Assembly (NCBI RefSeq): GCF_000015805.1
Contig: NC_009073.1
Span: forward strand, 630,001 to 662,000
Source: Pyrobaculum calidifontis JCM 11548
GTDB taxonomy: Archaea; Thermoproteota; Thermoprotei; Thermoproteales; Thermoproteaceae
Reading direction: 5' to 3'
DNA length: 32,000 nt
Positions within the stretch are counted from its first letter, which is position 1. Each line of letters starts with the position of its first letter. Shown here piece by piece: positions 23,981-32,000 of the stretch. The position numbers and the translations under genes were made by a program. The notes below the pieces were generated by a model, which saw only the letters and a program-made list of their open reading frames with translations, was not told where the DNA came from and did no database searches.

Positions 23981-26900
23981 CTACGATTTAGGCGAGGCGC
24001 CTGAGAGATTTGGCAGAACTTCGGTCTTAAACTCGTCGAACAGCTCGCCCAGTACCTCCTCGAATTTGGCCTTGCCTTGCTCCACTGCGTCCATGTGTTG
24101 CTCTATTAGCCTAGTCCGGTCTTCGCTTACAAGTTTGCCGAACTTCTGCTCGAGGTAGTGGTACACCTCTATCCCCCTCTTCGTGGGAACCATTAGCCTC
24201 CTCCGGCCCGCCACGTATACGTAGTACCTCTTGGCGAGCACCTGTAGGATGCGGGCGTAGGTGCTGGGCCTGCCAATCCCCCTCTGCCTCATCAAGGCCA
24301 ACACGTCGGCCTCTGAGAGAATTCTCCTAATCACGCGGTACCTCTTCACGGTCACCTCTATGGTGCCCGTGGGGAGGCCGGGCTCGACCGCCGTCACTTG
24401 GTACATCACTTGGAAGCCCTGGCGCTTGATGTCCACGACTCTCTCCACCTGGGCCACGTACCCGTCTATCTCCACCTCGTACCGCTCTACCTCCACCTCG
24501 CTCGGCTCCATTTGGCTAGCCATAAACCGCCTGAACACGAGGTCGTAGAGCTGGTAGTGGCTTCTCGTGAGGCGTATGGCCAACTGCAACACCCCGGCGT
24601 TTACCAGCCCCCTCAGCTCCTCCACGTCTATGGGCCTCGTGGGCCTAATGGCCTCATGGGCCCCCTCTGCCTCCTCGCCCCAAGTCCTCGGCCTAAAAGC
24701 CCCCTCTCCAAACCTCTTCGTTATGTACTCCCGCGCCACGGCGATCCCCGCCGCGGAGACCCTAGTGCTGTCGGTGCGGTGGTAAGTTATAAGCCCGCTC
24801 TCAAAGAGGTCTTGGGCTATCCTCATGGCGTAGTCGGCTGAGAGGCCCAGCCTATTCACGGCGTCTCTCAAAAGCTCGTCGGTGGTATACGGGGGCGGGG
24901 GGTTTACGACCCGCGTCTCGGCGCCAGCCTTCCTAATGGCCACCCTCCGCCTCTCCCTAAGCGCCTTCAGCGCCTCTTGAGGCAGCTGTAGCCTCAGGTC
25001 AACGTCGTCTAGCTGTAGCTCCACGTTGTACATCCTCTGCCGGAGCGACTCCTCGTACGTCGTGACAACCCAGCCTAGCACGGGGGTTTGGACGCGGCCA
25101 GCCGACAAGTTCGGGCTCCCGAACTCCCTCTGAAGAATCTTGCTTAGCCCAAAGCCTATCCACCGGTCCTCAATACGCCTAATGATCTGCGCCTTTACGC
25201 GGGAGTAGTCAATGCCCCTGGGGTTAGCCAAGGCGCTTATAATCGCCCGGCGGGTCACCTCGTGGAATTCCACACGCCTAATGTCGGCCACGTAGGGCCT
25301 AAGGCCGAGGTAGAGATCAAAGGCAATTTTCTCGCCCTCAGAGTCTGGGTCAGTGCCGATGAGCACGGCGTCGACCTCGACGGCGAGGTTCCTAATCGCA
25401 GCCAAGACGTCGAGCGGCCGGCAGTCCGGCGGCACGTCGACGTCGTCCACGTACACGGCCCCCCTACAGCGCCAAATCTTGTTGTACACAGGCACAAAGC
25501 CCCCCTCTGTCGCCAACACGGCGTATTCGCCTCCGTCGTAGTCCCCCCGCCTAAAGTCGCCGAACCACCTCCTGAGGACCTCTCTCTCCTCCTTAGAGAT
25601 TCTATCGAGGGAGGTGGGGAGCTCGTATATGTGGCCCAGCGAGGCCGTCACCATCAATACGGCGTCTCCAGTGGACACCTCGTAGACGGGCACCCCGTCG
25701 ACCAACAACATGCTGGGCCTGCCGAAGAAGTTGGCGATAGTCCTCGCCTTGGTGGGAGACTCCACCACCATTAACAAAGTCCTCATAAGCTCTCTGCCCC
25801 CCGTAACCACCGCCTTCCCCTCCATTATCTCCCTAATAGTCCTCCTGTCCCTGTCCACTTCTGCCAGAACGGCGGAGAGGTCCACCTCGTCCAGGCGCTT
25901 AAACTCAGCCTCGTCAAACCTCAGCTTCAGCTCCCTCTGGAGGGCGGTGAAGACCTTCCAATCGTCCACCACGACCACGCTGAGGCCCTTGGAGAGGCCG
26001 CCCGCGTAGAGCCGAGAGGTCCGCCCACTCCCCTGTATATACGTCGTGACGTCTGGCACTAACACGTACAACTCCCCGCCTATGTACGCCAGGCGCACCT
26101 CCGTGGAGGAGTCAATGGCTCTGCGCAACTCCTCGTCGCTGAGTATGGAGTTGGCGAGCTCAACCGCACCCTTCGCCACGTCCACCGCGTGTTTCTCAAA
26201 GCTGGAGAGCTCTTGGCCCTCCGCCGCCTTCTTCAACGCCTCCTGCACGCTCAACGCGTAGGGGGCCAGGCGCTTCAATTGGCCAATGGCCCTGTCCACC
26301 TTGTACCTCAACTCGCCAGAGAGGACAGCTCTGACGTTGTAGAAGAAGGTCAAGTACGCGGGTATGGAGAACTCCTCCAGCCTAACCCTAAACTTGTACT
26401 TGGGCACTCCCACAAACACCACGTACCTAATCACGTGGGGCAGGTCTATCCCCCTCACCAGCGCCGACCTGGCAGAGGCCAACCCCACCAACGCCGCGAG
26501 CTCCCCTCTCTCAAACCTCTCCAGCACCCCCCTCCTAGGCCGCAGAAAGTGTTCAACTGCGAGGCTCTCCCCCACGGCCCTCTCCACAATGGCAAGCCCA
26601 AGCTCTCTGTCCTGCACGTAGACAATCCCCCCGGGGCCAAGCCTCTTGAGCAACTCCACCACCTGCCCCACCACGTCTTTCCCCTGCTCGACGTACACGT
26701 CGACCACGTTCCGAAGCCCCTCCGCCCTGCCCCCCACGTCGAAGCCCAGAATCTCCCTAAACAAGAGGAGCCGCGTCGTCCTCCTCGCCCTAGCCAATGC
26801 GCCAGAGGCGACGAAGATGCCCAACTTAAGCCTCCTCGCCTCCTCTTGCAACTTGGCCCTAAGCGCCGTCACCTCTGCGTCTAGCCGCTCCACCTCCTTC

Positions 26901-27679
26901 AAATCCCCCGCAATCTCCGCCTTCCGCAACTCCTTCACCGCGTTTATGACGTCCAGGGCGAGCTTCAACACCTCGTCGGAGACGCCGAGGAGTCTCAAAA
27001 TTCTGTCAATGTTCTTACTCGTCGCCCTGAGAATGCTGTCGACGTCGTCCGCCGCCACGAAGTCAAACTTAAACCTCTTCAACAAGTCGAAGTAGCGGGG
27101 GAGGAAGGCAGAGGTGACGATCAACACGTCGAAGTCGCCCCCCTCAACGGCCCCCAAGGCCTCCTTCTTCTCCTTCTCCGTTAGAAGCGAGTGGTAGGCC
27201 ACCGCCCTCACAGACACGCCGGCCTTCTCGGCGTAGCTCAAAAGCCTCTGGTGAACCTGCCTAGCAAGCGCCGAGGTTGGGAAAATGAGGAGCGCCCTCT
27301 TCCCCTCCCGCGCCGCGTATAAGGTGGCCACAAGTATAAACGTGGTCTTGCCAGAGCCCGTAGGCGCCACAATTGCGAAGCTCCTCCCACGGACAAACCG
27401 CCTAGCCCAAAGCCTCTGGGCACCCCACATCTCAAACCCGACCGCCGCCTTGAATAGAGAGGAAAACTCCTCGTACCGCCTCAAGTACTCGTCAACCCAC
27501 GCCAAGCCCTTCAACGCCCTCCTCCTACGGAGGGCTCTAACAACATCGGCAATGCCGCCGGCCTTAACCACCTCAGGCAGACACTCACGGCAGGGGAGGC
27601 CCCCCGCCAGTCTGTCAGAGGTGACGGGCCCCCCGCAGTTTGGACAAGAGTGTAGATACACCACAAGTGGGATATCCAC
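23981..27679 (-). CDS. rgy: Reverse gyrase
   Basis: About 1230 aa. There is an N-terminal zinc finger CPNCGG...CRECL, helicase Walker A APTGSGKTT, and a C-terminal Toprim/topoisomerase IA module (VESPTKARTI, TDPDSEGE, ITYHRTDS with the catalytic Tyr). The start is GTG 27679, 27664 or 27661. Confidence 0.95.
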   Translation of the reverse strand: MDIPLVVYLHSCPNCGGPVTSDRLAGGLPCRECLPEVVKAGGIADVVRALRRRRALKGLAWVDEYLRRYEEFSSLFKAAVGFEMWGAQRLWARRFVRGRSFAIVAPTGSGKTTFILVATLYAAREGKRALLIFPTSALARQVHQRLLSYAEKAGVSVRAVAYHSLLTEKEKKEALGAVEGGDFDVLIVTSAFLPRYFDLLKRFKFDFVAADDVDSILRATSKNIDRILRLLGVSDEVLKLALDVINAVKELRKAEIAGDLKEVERLDAEVTALRAKLQEEARRLKLGIFVASGALARARRTTRLLLFREILGFDVGGRAEGLRNVVDVYVEQGKDVVGQVVELLKRLGPGGIVYVQDRELGLAIVERAVGESLAVEHFLRPRRGVLERFERGELAALVGLASARSALVRGIDLPHVIRYVVFVGVPKYKFRVRLEEFSIPAYLTFFYNVRAVLSGELRYKVDRAIGQLKRLAPYALSVQEALKKAAEGQELSSFEKHAVDVAKGAVELANSILSDEELRRAIDSSTEVRLAYIGGELYVLVPDVTTYIQGSGRTSRLYAGGLSKGLSVVVVDDWKVFTALQRELKLRFDEAEFKRLDEVDLSAVLAEVDRDRRTIREIMEGKAVVTGGRELMRTLLMVVESPTKARTIANFFGRPSMLLVDGVPVYEVSTGDAVLMVTASLGHIYELPTSLDRISKEEREVLRRWFGDFRRGDYDGGEYAVLATEGGFVPVYNKIWRCRGAVYVDDVDVPPDCRPLDVLAAIRNLAVEVDAVLIGTDPDSEGEKIAFDLYLGLRPYVADIRRVEFHEVTRRAIISALANPRGIDYSRVKAQIIRRIEDRWIGFGLSKILQREFGSPNLSAGRVQTPVLGWVVTTYEESLRQRMYNVELQLDDVDLRLQLPQEALKALRERRRVAIRKAGAETRVVNPPPPYTTDELLRDAVNRLGLSADYAMRIAQDLFESGLITYHRTDSTRVSAAGIAVAREYITKRFGEGAFRPRTWGEEAEGAHEAIRPTRPIDVEELRGLVNAGVLQLAIRLTRSHYQLYDLVFRRFMASQMEPSEVEVERYEVEIDGYVAQVERVVDIKRQGFQVMYQVTAVEPGLPTGTIEVTVKRYRVIRRILSEADVLALMRQRGIGRPSTYARILQVLAKRYYVYVAGRRRLMVPTKRGIEVYHYLEQKFGKLVSEDRTRLIEQHMDAVEQGKAKFEEVLGELFDEFKTEVLPNLSGASPKS

Positions 27680-27724
27680 GCCACTGAACAGACACCCTAT
27701 AAAAAGGTGGTGTCCCAGCGTCCC

Positions 27725-27738
27725 AAATATTTAAATAG
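27725..27738 (+). promoter_or_regulatory. TATA-like box for the 27757 gene
   Basis: AAATATTTAAATAG is centred about 26 nt upstream of ATG 27757. Confidence 0.5.
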
Positions 27739-27756
27739 TAGAGGGGTGGGGGGCAA

Positions 27757-28146
27757 ATGGAAAAGTTGGTAGAATGGGTAAACGCCTTCAACACCATAGC
27801 GAAGAACGAGAATAACTTTCACAGCTTCTCAATAGAGAAGGGGGAGGACTTCGTAGACGCGGTTTTTACCATTGAGGACGTGTCGCGTGAGGGAGAGTGC
27901 CGCGTGGGCAACTTCGCCATGGCTACGCTGGCTCTGCGGGGCGGCGCCGCCTCCATGGAGATGGCGAGCGGCACGTACAAGAAGTGTCCAACACCCGCCG
28001 GCTACTCGGCCGAGTACTCCCGGCAGGCGGTGGAGAAGTTCGACTTGGGCAACGACCCCGAGCTGATAAGCTTCATCAAGTCGATGAAAAACGAGGGGGA
28101 CTTCATAGCACTCCTAGAGGCGGTGCTCCAAACTCTAGCCCGCTAA
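27757..28146 (+). CDS. Hypothetical protein (129 aa)
   Basis: The promoter/ATG spacing is clean and the composition looks like a normal protein. I recognise no motif. The 3' end overlaps the convergent macro-domain gene by 12 nt. Confidence 0.55.
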   Translation: MEKLVEWVNAFNTIAKNENNFHSFSIEKGEDFVDAVFTIEDVSREGECRVGNFAMATLALRGGAASMEMASGTYKKCPTPAGYSAEYSRQAVEKFDLGNDPELISFIKSMKNEGDFIALLEAVLQTLAR

Positions 28147-28674
28147 CACTTTTTTAAATACGTCTGCGAAGGCTCGGTAGGCCTCTTCGCCGTAGAGGAC
28201 GACCATAATCAGCTTGACGGACTTCAGCTTTGGCGCCGTCTCTCTAATGGCGGCGGCGGTCTGCAGTGCCGCGTCGCGGTAGGGGCATCCAAATATGCCG
28301 GTGGAGATGGCCGGTAGTGCCACGCTCTCTACCCCCAGCTCGTCGGCCTTCAAGAGGGCGTTTTTAACGGCCTCGCCGAGCTTCTCAATGGGCTCAACGC
28401 CGCACCTAGGCCCCACCGCGTGTATCACGTACTTTGCCCTTAGGCGGCCGGCGGAGGTCACCGCCACCCCGCCCACGGGCACTGGGCCGTGGCGCCGGAC
28501 CCACTCCCTGCTCTCCTCTTGAATCACCCACCCGCCCTTTCTCACAATAGCCCCAGCCACGCCCCCGCCATGCTCTAGGTACGAGTTTGCCGCGTTGACG
28601 ATGGCCCCCGCCTCCACCTCGGTAATATCCCCCTGCAACAGACGCACCACCACGCCACCCACCACAAACTCCAT
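28135..28674 (-). CDS. Macro-domain protein (ADP-ribose binding/hydrolase, MacroD/AF1521 type)
   Basis: [40 protein letters not shown] and [15 protein letters not shown] are present. ATG 28674 is preceded by a GGTGA SD-like motif. An alternative GTG 28680 overlaps the PaREP1 stop as GTGA. Confidence 0.88.
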   Translation of the reverse strand: MEFVVGGVVVRLLQGDITEVEAGAIVNAANSYLEHGGGVAGAIVRKGGWVIQEESREWVRRHGPVPVGGVAVTSAGRLRAKYVIHAVGPRCGVEPIEKLGEAVKNALLKADELGVESVALPAISTGIFGCPYRDAALQTAAAIRETAPKLKSVKLIMVVLYGEEAYRAFADVFKKVLAG

Positions 28675-28676
28675 AC

Positions 28677-29222
28677 TCACCCAAGCCCCCCAACTAGGGC
28701 TGAGTAGGCCCTCTCATGCTCCTCTGTCCACGCGACGCGGTTCTTTAGCTTCTCGGCGTACTCTGCCACCACCTCTATGAGACTCTTAATGAAGTAGGCC
28801 GCCTCCTCCCTCGTCCTGTACTTGCTAAGAGCCATGTCAGGGTCGGGGCCGTGGTACTGATAGTCATGGAGGTTTAGAGCGCGGTCAGTGATGTACGTCA
28901 AACGCTCATACCCCAGCTCCTCGAGGAGCCTAGACAGAGACATCATCCTGCTGGTGGGCACCCTAGGCACTGCCCTCTCCTCAAGCCACCTTCTCTCCTC
29001 CTCAGACTTGGCCAAGGCCTTTAGCCGCTCTAGCTCTAGCTTCAGCAACGCGGCAAGGACGGCTCTCCACGCTTGAAAGGCCTTACCAGCCGCGTTTCGT
29101 GTCAAGCCTCGGCGTAGGAACTCCAACGCCAGCTCAGCCTCCACCAGCGCCTCCAAAAGACGGGCAGAGGCGTAGTCCGCAGAGGAGGGCTTTGGAAGCG
29201 GCCTCTCAATTACCTGTTCCAT
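28677..29222 (-). CDS. PaREP1-family protein (Thermoproteales-expanded helical protein of unknown function)
   Basis: [32 protein letters not shown] matches my recollection of the PaREP1 signature ([15 protein letters not shown]). ATG 29222 has CATTTAAAAC 20-29 nt upstream on the minus strand. The ORF-track start is GTG 29240. Confidence 0.7.
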   Translation of the reverse strand: MEQVIERPLPKPSSADYASARLLEALVEAELALEFLRRGLTRNAAGKAFQAWRAVLAALLKLELERLKALAKSEEERRWLEERAVPRVPTSRMMSLSRLLEELGYERLTYITDRALNLHDYQYHGPDPDMALSKYRTREEAAYFIKSLIEVVAEYAEKLKNRVAWTEEHERAYSALVGGLG

Positions 29223-29454
29223 GGCTCTTTGTTGCACCACGTTTTAAATGCTTGTTGGTGTTGTGGCGCATTTCTTTTGAGGGTGCGTGCGGGTTTATTT
29301 TCAGTTAACTCTCCCCCGAAATCTGTGTATACGTGGTAGATATATGTCTGTGGTGTTTCTGCTCTGTGTCATTTGTCAGTTTTACAGTTGGGGTGAGTAG
29401 TTTGGCAGGTTGGGGATTCGCCACAGCGGGGCCTAGGGGGCGTGGAGAGGCGCT

Positions 29455-31683
29455 ATGAGGGGTCTCTGGTACTTTGGGAAGGGGGCGTGGGTGGTGAGAG
29501 ACGGCGCCGTTGTGCACGTCTCTCCCTACTTCTACGCCGTGGGGAAGAGCCGGCCTAGGCTTAAGTCTGCGTCGTGGGTTGAGGAGGCCGACTTGACGCC
29601 CATGGAATTCGACGGACTGCGGTACGTGCCCGCGGACGGCAGAGTTTGGGCTGTGTACGTGGAAAGACCCGGCCTAGTCCCCAGGGCTAGGGAGGAGCTC
29701 CTGGGGATGGGGTACGGAGTGTCTCAGAGCTATATTAAGTTCGCATTGAGGGCCGCTGGCGACCTCAGCCTCAAGTCGGGGCCGCCTGACATCTCAGCCG
29801 CGGTGGTAGAGTCGATGTACGCCAGGCCTAGGGTGCTGGCCTTCGACGTAGAGGTGGCAGGGGGCCGGGTCTACGTGGGCTACACAGTAGACGGAGAAGA
29901 CGTCGCCATCGTCGAGCTGGAGAGGGGGAAAAGAGTTGGGGAGGCCGACTTGCCCGGCGACATTGACTACGCCGTGGGGTACAACTCTTGGCAGTTCGAC
30001 TGGCTCTACCTCCCCTCAGCCACGAAGTACACGCTGAAGACGGTCCATGGGTATAAGCCGCACATCGACTTGTTTCCGCTGTTCTCCGGGGGCTTTGGCC
30101 CCTCTCTGGGGCTCGCCGAGAGGTCGTATGGGCTATACGACGTGGCCCGCCAGCTGGGCGTCCACAGAGAGCTGGGGCTCGCGGACGTGGAGCTCCTTAG
30201 GATAAAGCGGCTGAGGAGCAGGCTTGCCCACCTCTCGGCGGCCGAGGCCGAGGAGTACTTAGCCACAGACGTCAAAGTCACATACCGCCTAGCCGCCAGA
30301 GTAGTGCCCATCTTGGAGGGCTTGGGGGCCGCTGTGGGCGGCAACGCCATGGTGGTGGCCCAGGTGGGGGAGACCGCCTCGCCGGGCCACCTCTTCGAAT
30401 TTCTAATCCACAAGGAGATGGAGCGCTTGGGCTACGTCCTCGTGGATAGGCGGAAGGAGGCTGAATACGCCGCAGGGGACAAGGTCAGGGTGAGGGCCGC
30501 GGGGGTCTTCTGCAACGTGGCCGAGTACGACTTCTCGGCCATGTACCCGTCGCTGATTGTCCAAGACGGGGTGGACCCCACCTCCGTGCGGGAGTGCTCC
30601 GACGGCTTCGAGGTAAAGACCACCGGCGGATCGAGGAGGGTGTGCTTTGAGGGCGGGCCTATTTGGCGTCTCCACGTGGCCGTGCTTGAGGCCAGGAGGG
30701 CTGTGAAGGCGGTGGGCAAGGCGGCGGATCAAGCGGTCAAGATCCTCGCGAACTCCGGCTTCGGCATATATGGCAAAAGGGCGGGGTGGGGCGTGGTGAA
30801 CGAGTGGGTGGCGGCCTACATTGTGCAAAAGACAGACGCGATTCACGCCGACCTCTGGCAACGCTACAAGCCGGTGTACGGGGACACCGACTCCCTGTAC
30901 GTGCAAGTGAGAGACCCCGAGGCCTTCCTCGAGGAGATAAACGCCTACGTGGCCGACAAGTGGAGGGGGCCCTTCGGCGCGAGGCTGGGGCTCAAGCTGG
31001 AGGGGGTCTGGGACTACCTGTGGATACCCGTCACCGAGAAAGGCACCCCGGCGGAGAAGAACTACGTAAAGGTGGGGAGCGGCGAGGTGGCGGTGAGGGG
31101 GGCCGCCCTGAGGCCCCGAGGCCTGCCGGTCTTCTTGCGCTACGGCGAGTTCTACCAGTGGGCAAAGGCGCTCATCACAGGGACGGCCTCTGTGTCAGAG
31201 CTGTTGGCCAAGATGGAAGAGCTCCCGCTGGAGGACTTGTTCATAGAGGCCTCGGCGACGCTTAGGGAGGTCTTGTTCACTAGGGAGGGGAAGCCGCCCA
31301 AGGCTCTAGACGCCTCTCGCCAGCCCTGGCTGGCCCTACTTGCGGCAAGACACGCAAAGTTCACCGCCAAGTACAACAGCCGCGGCGTGGAGACGTCCCC
31401 AGACGAGGACTTAGACGCAGTGGAGAACTTGTGGTACCTCCCAGTGTCCACCAGAGGCGACGCCAAGGCCTACATACTCCTCATAGACGGCTCCCCCGTG
31501 GCCGTGGAATACACGGCGGCCATAGACCCGGTGCGCGGAAGGCTTGAGGTTAAGAGGCGCATGGCAGTGCCCATGGCCCCAGAGCAGGTGAGGAAGAGGG
31601 CGAAGGCGGTGGTGCTGAGCCACCCCCTCTTCGCGCAACTGTCCCAAAGGCCGCTGGTGGACGCACCGCGTCTCACAGGCTGA
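29455..31683 (+). CDS. polB: Family B DNA polymerase (crenarchaeal PolB3/Dpo3 size class) with catalytic motifs intact
   Basis: Exo I FDVEV, Exo II GYNSWQFDWLYL, Exo III YLATDVKVTY. Pol motif A DFSAMYPSLI, motif B KILANSGFGIYG, motif C VYGDTDSLYV. Confidence 0.9.
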   Translation: MRGLWYFGKGAWVVRDGAVVHVSPYFYAVGKSRPRLKSASWVEEADLTPMEFDGLRYVPADGRVWAVYVERPGLVPRAREELLGMGYGVSQSYIKFALRAAGDLSLKSGPPDISAAVVESMYARPRVLAFDVEVAGGRVYVGYTVDGEDVAIVELERGKRVGEADLPGDIDYAVGYNSWQFDWLYLPSATKYTLKTVHGYKPHIDLFPLFSGGFGPSLGLAERSYGLYDVARQLGVHRELGLADVELLRIKRLRSRLAHLSAAEAEEYLATDVKVTYRLAARVVPILEGLGAAVGGNAMVVAQVGETASPGHLFEFLIHKEMERLGYVLVDRRKEAEYAAGDKVRVRAAGVFCNVAEYDFSAMYPSLIVQDGVDPTSVRECSDGFEVKTTGGSRRVCFEGGPIWRLHVAVLEARRAVKAVGKAADQAVKILANSGFGIYGKRAGWGVVNEWVAAYIVQKTDAIHADLWQRYKPVYGDTDSLYVQVRDPEAFLEEINAYVADKWRGPFGARLGLKLEGVWDYLWIPVTEKGTPAEKNYVKVGSGEVAVRGAALRPRGLPVFLRYGEFYQWAKALITGTASVSELLAKMEELPLEDLFIEASATLREVLFTREGKPPKALDASRQPWLALLAARHAKFTAKYNSRGVETSPDEDLDAVENLWYLPVSTRGDAKAYILLIDGSPVAVEYTAAIDPVRGRLEVKRRMAVPMAPEQVRKRAKAVVLSHPLFAQLSQRPLVDAPRLTG

Positions 31684-31686
31684 AGC

Positions 31687-32000
31687 CTACTCTATTAGGT
31701 CTAGGGCGTATTTCGTGATCTTCCACGGGTCCCACGTCCCCTGCGGCAGGGTGGGTCGGCCTCGGGGGACTTCCACTTTGTCCAGGGCATCTCTCGGCGC
31801 CAGCGCTGCACATATGGCCTTTTTCCGCCCGGCGGCTGAGGCGCCCAGCGCGTCTTTTATCTGGGTGCTCTGGGTTAGGAACATTAAGGCTGAGATGTTG
31901 GGGTTCCTGGCGGGGCCCTTCCAGTGGTAGGCGTAGTACATGGCCTGCGCGAGGGCCAGCCAGTGGCCCACGGCCTCGGGAGCCACGCACACCGCCACTG
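31687..32000 (-). CDS. Hypothetical protein, 3' part (the gene continues beyond the window)
   Basis: The frame is open to the window edge: ...APEAVGHWLALAQAMYYAYHWKGPARNPNISALMFLTQSTQIKDAL...WDPWKITKYALDLIE*. The composition is more protein-like than the overlapping R/P/G-rich frame 31673..31990. I recognise no motif. Confidence 0.4.
   Translation of the reverse strand, partial: VAVCVAPEAVGHWLALAQAMYYAYHWKGPARNPNISALMFLTQSTQIKDALGASAAGRKKAICAALAPRDALDKVEVPRGRPTLPQGTWDPWKITKYALDLIE

Noticed and set aside
26898-26909. TTCAAATCCCCC, which resembles a tRNA T-loop/T-stem.
   Set aside because: There is no complementary GGGGG 5' of it, and no acceptor or anticodon arms. It lies inside the reverse gyrase CDS.
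29301-29420. A possible C/D-box sRNA on the minus strand upstream of polB (CUGA-caa-AUGACA and a terminal CUGA).
   Set aside because: There is no C box (RUGAUGA) at the required 5' position, and the motifs are too degenerate.
31673-31990. A 105-aa minus-strand ORF at the window end.
   Set aside because: Its composition is R/P/G-rich. The alternative frame (31687 to the window edge) looks more protein-like and stays open to the boundary.
1-32000. A search for CRISPR arrays, tandem repeat arrays, rRNA and tRNA genes.
   Set aside because: Visual inspection found no regularly spaced direct repeats and no rRNA or tRNA signatures. A computational scan (CRISPR finders, tRNAscan-SE, Infernal) would be needed to exclude them formally.

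Overview
The window is a GC-rich, very compact stretch of crenarchaeal chromosome. I infer a Thermoproteaceae source (Pyrobaculum/Thermoproteus type) from reverse gyrase, a PaREP1-family gene, and TATA-like boxes about 20-30 nt upstream of start codons, which suggests mostly leaderless mRNAs. GC% was not computed. Most of the window is housekeeping: 2-oxoacid:ferredoxin oxidoreductase beta, aIF-1A, LeuRS, reverse gyrase, a family-B DNA polymerase, a GH57 glycosidase, MFS and ABC transporters, and a rhomboid protease. I found no rRNA, tRNA or CRISPR array by eye. The accessory or odd content is as follows. (1) A half-length TnpB-like RuvC/zinc-ribbon ORF sits directly upstream of aIF-1A, flanked by structured non-coding DNA. 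(2) An NfeD-like gene is broken at a G8 homopolymer, and its correct C-terminus is still coupled by ATGA to the next gene. (3) A PUA/EVE-like domain is fused to a nuclease-like domain. (4) A PaREP1 gene and a macro-domain gene are translationally coupled. (5) A sulfur-flavoured cluster holds a TauE-like remnant, a CysK/M-like PLP enzyme with an N-terminal extension, a wHTH fusion protein, an E1-like ThiF/MoeB, and a NitT/TauT-type ABC system with a detached AAA-associated domain. (6) Three unusually long gene-free regions (13998-14342, 15885-16302, 19043-19328) and a G/T-skewed leader upstream of polB may hide ncRNAs. (7) A vapBC pair is present. All functional calls rest on motif recognition by eye, with no database searches, and many start codons are uncertain because GTG/TTG starts are frequent.
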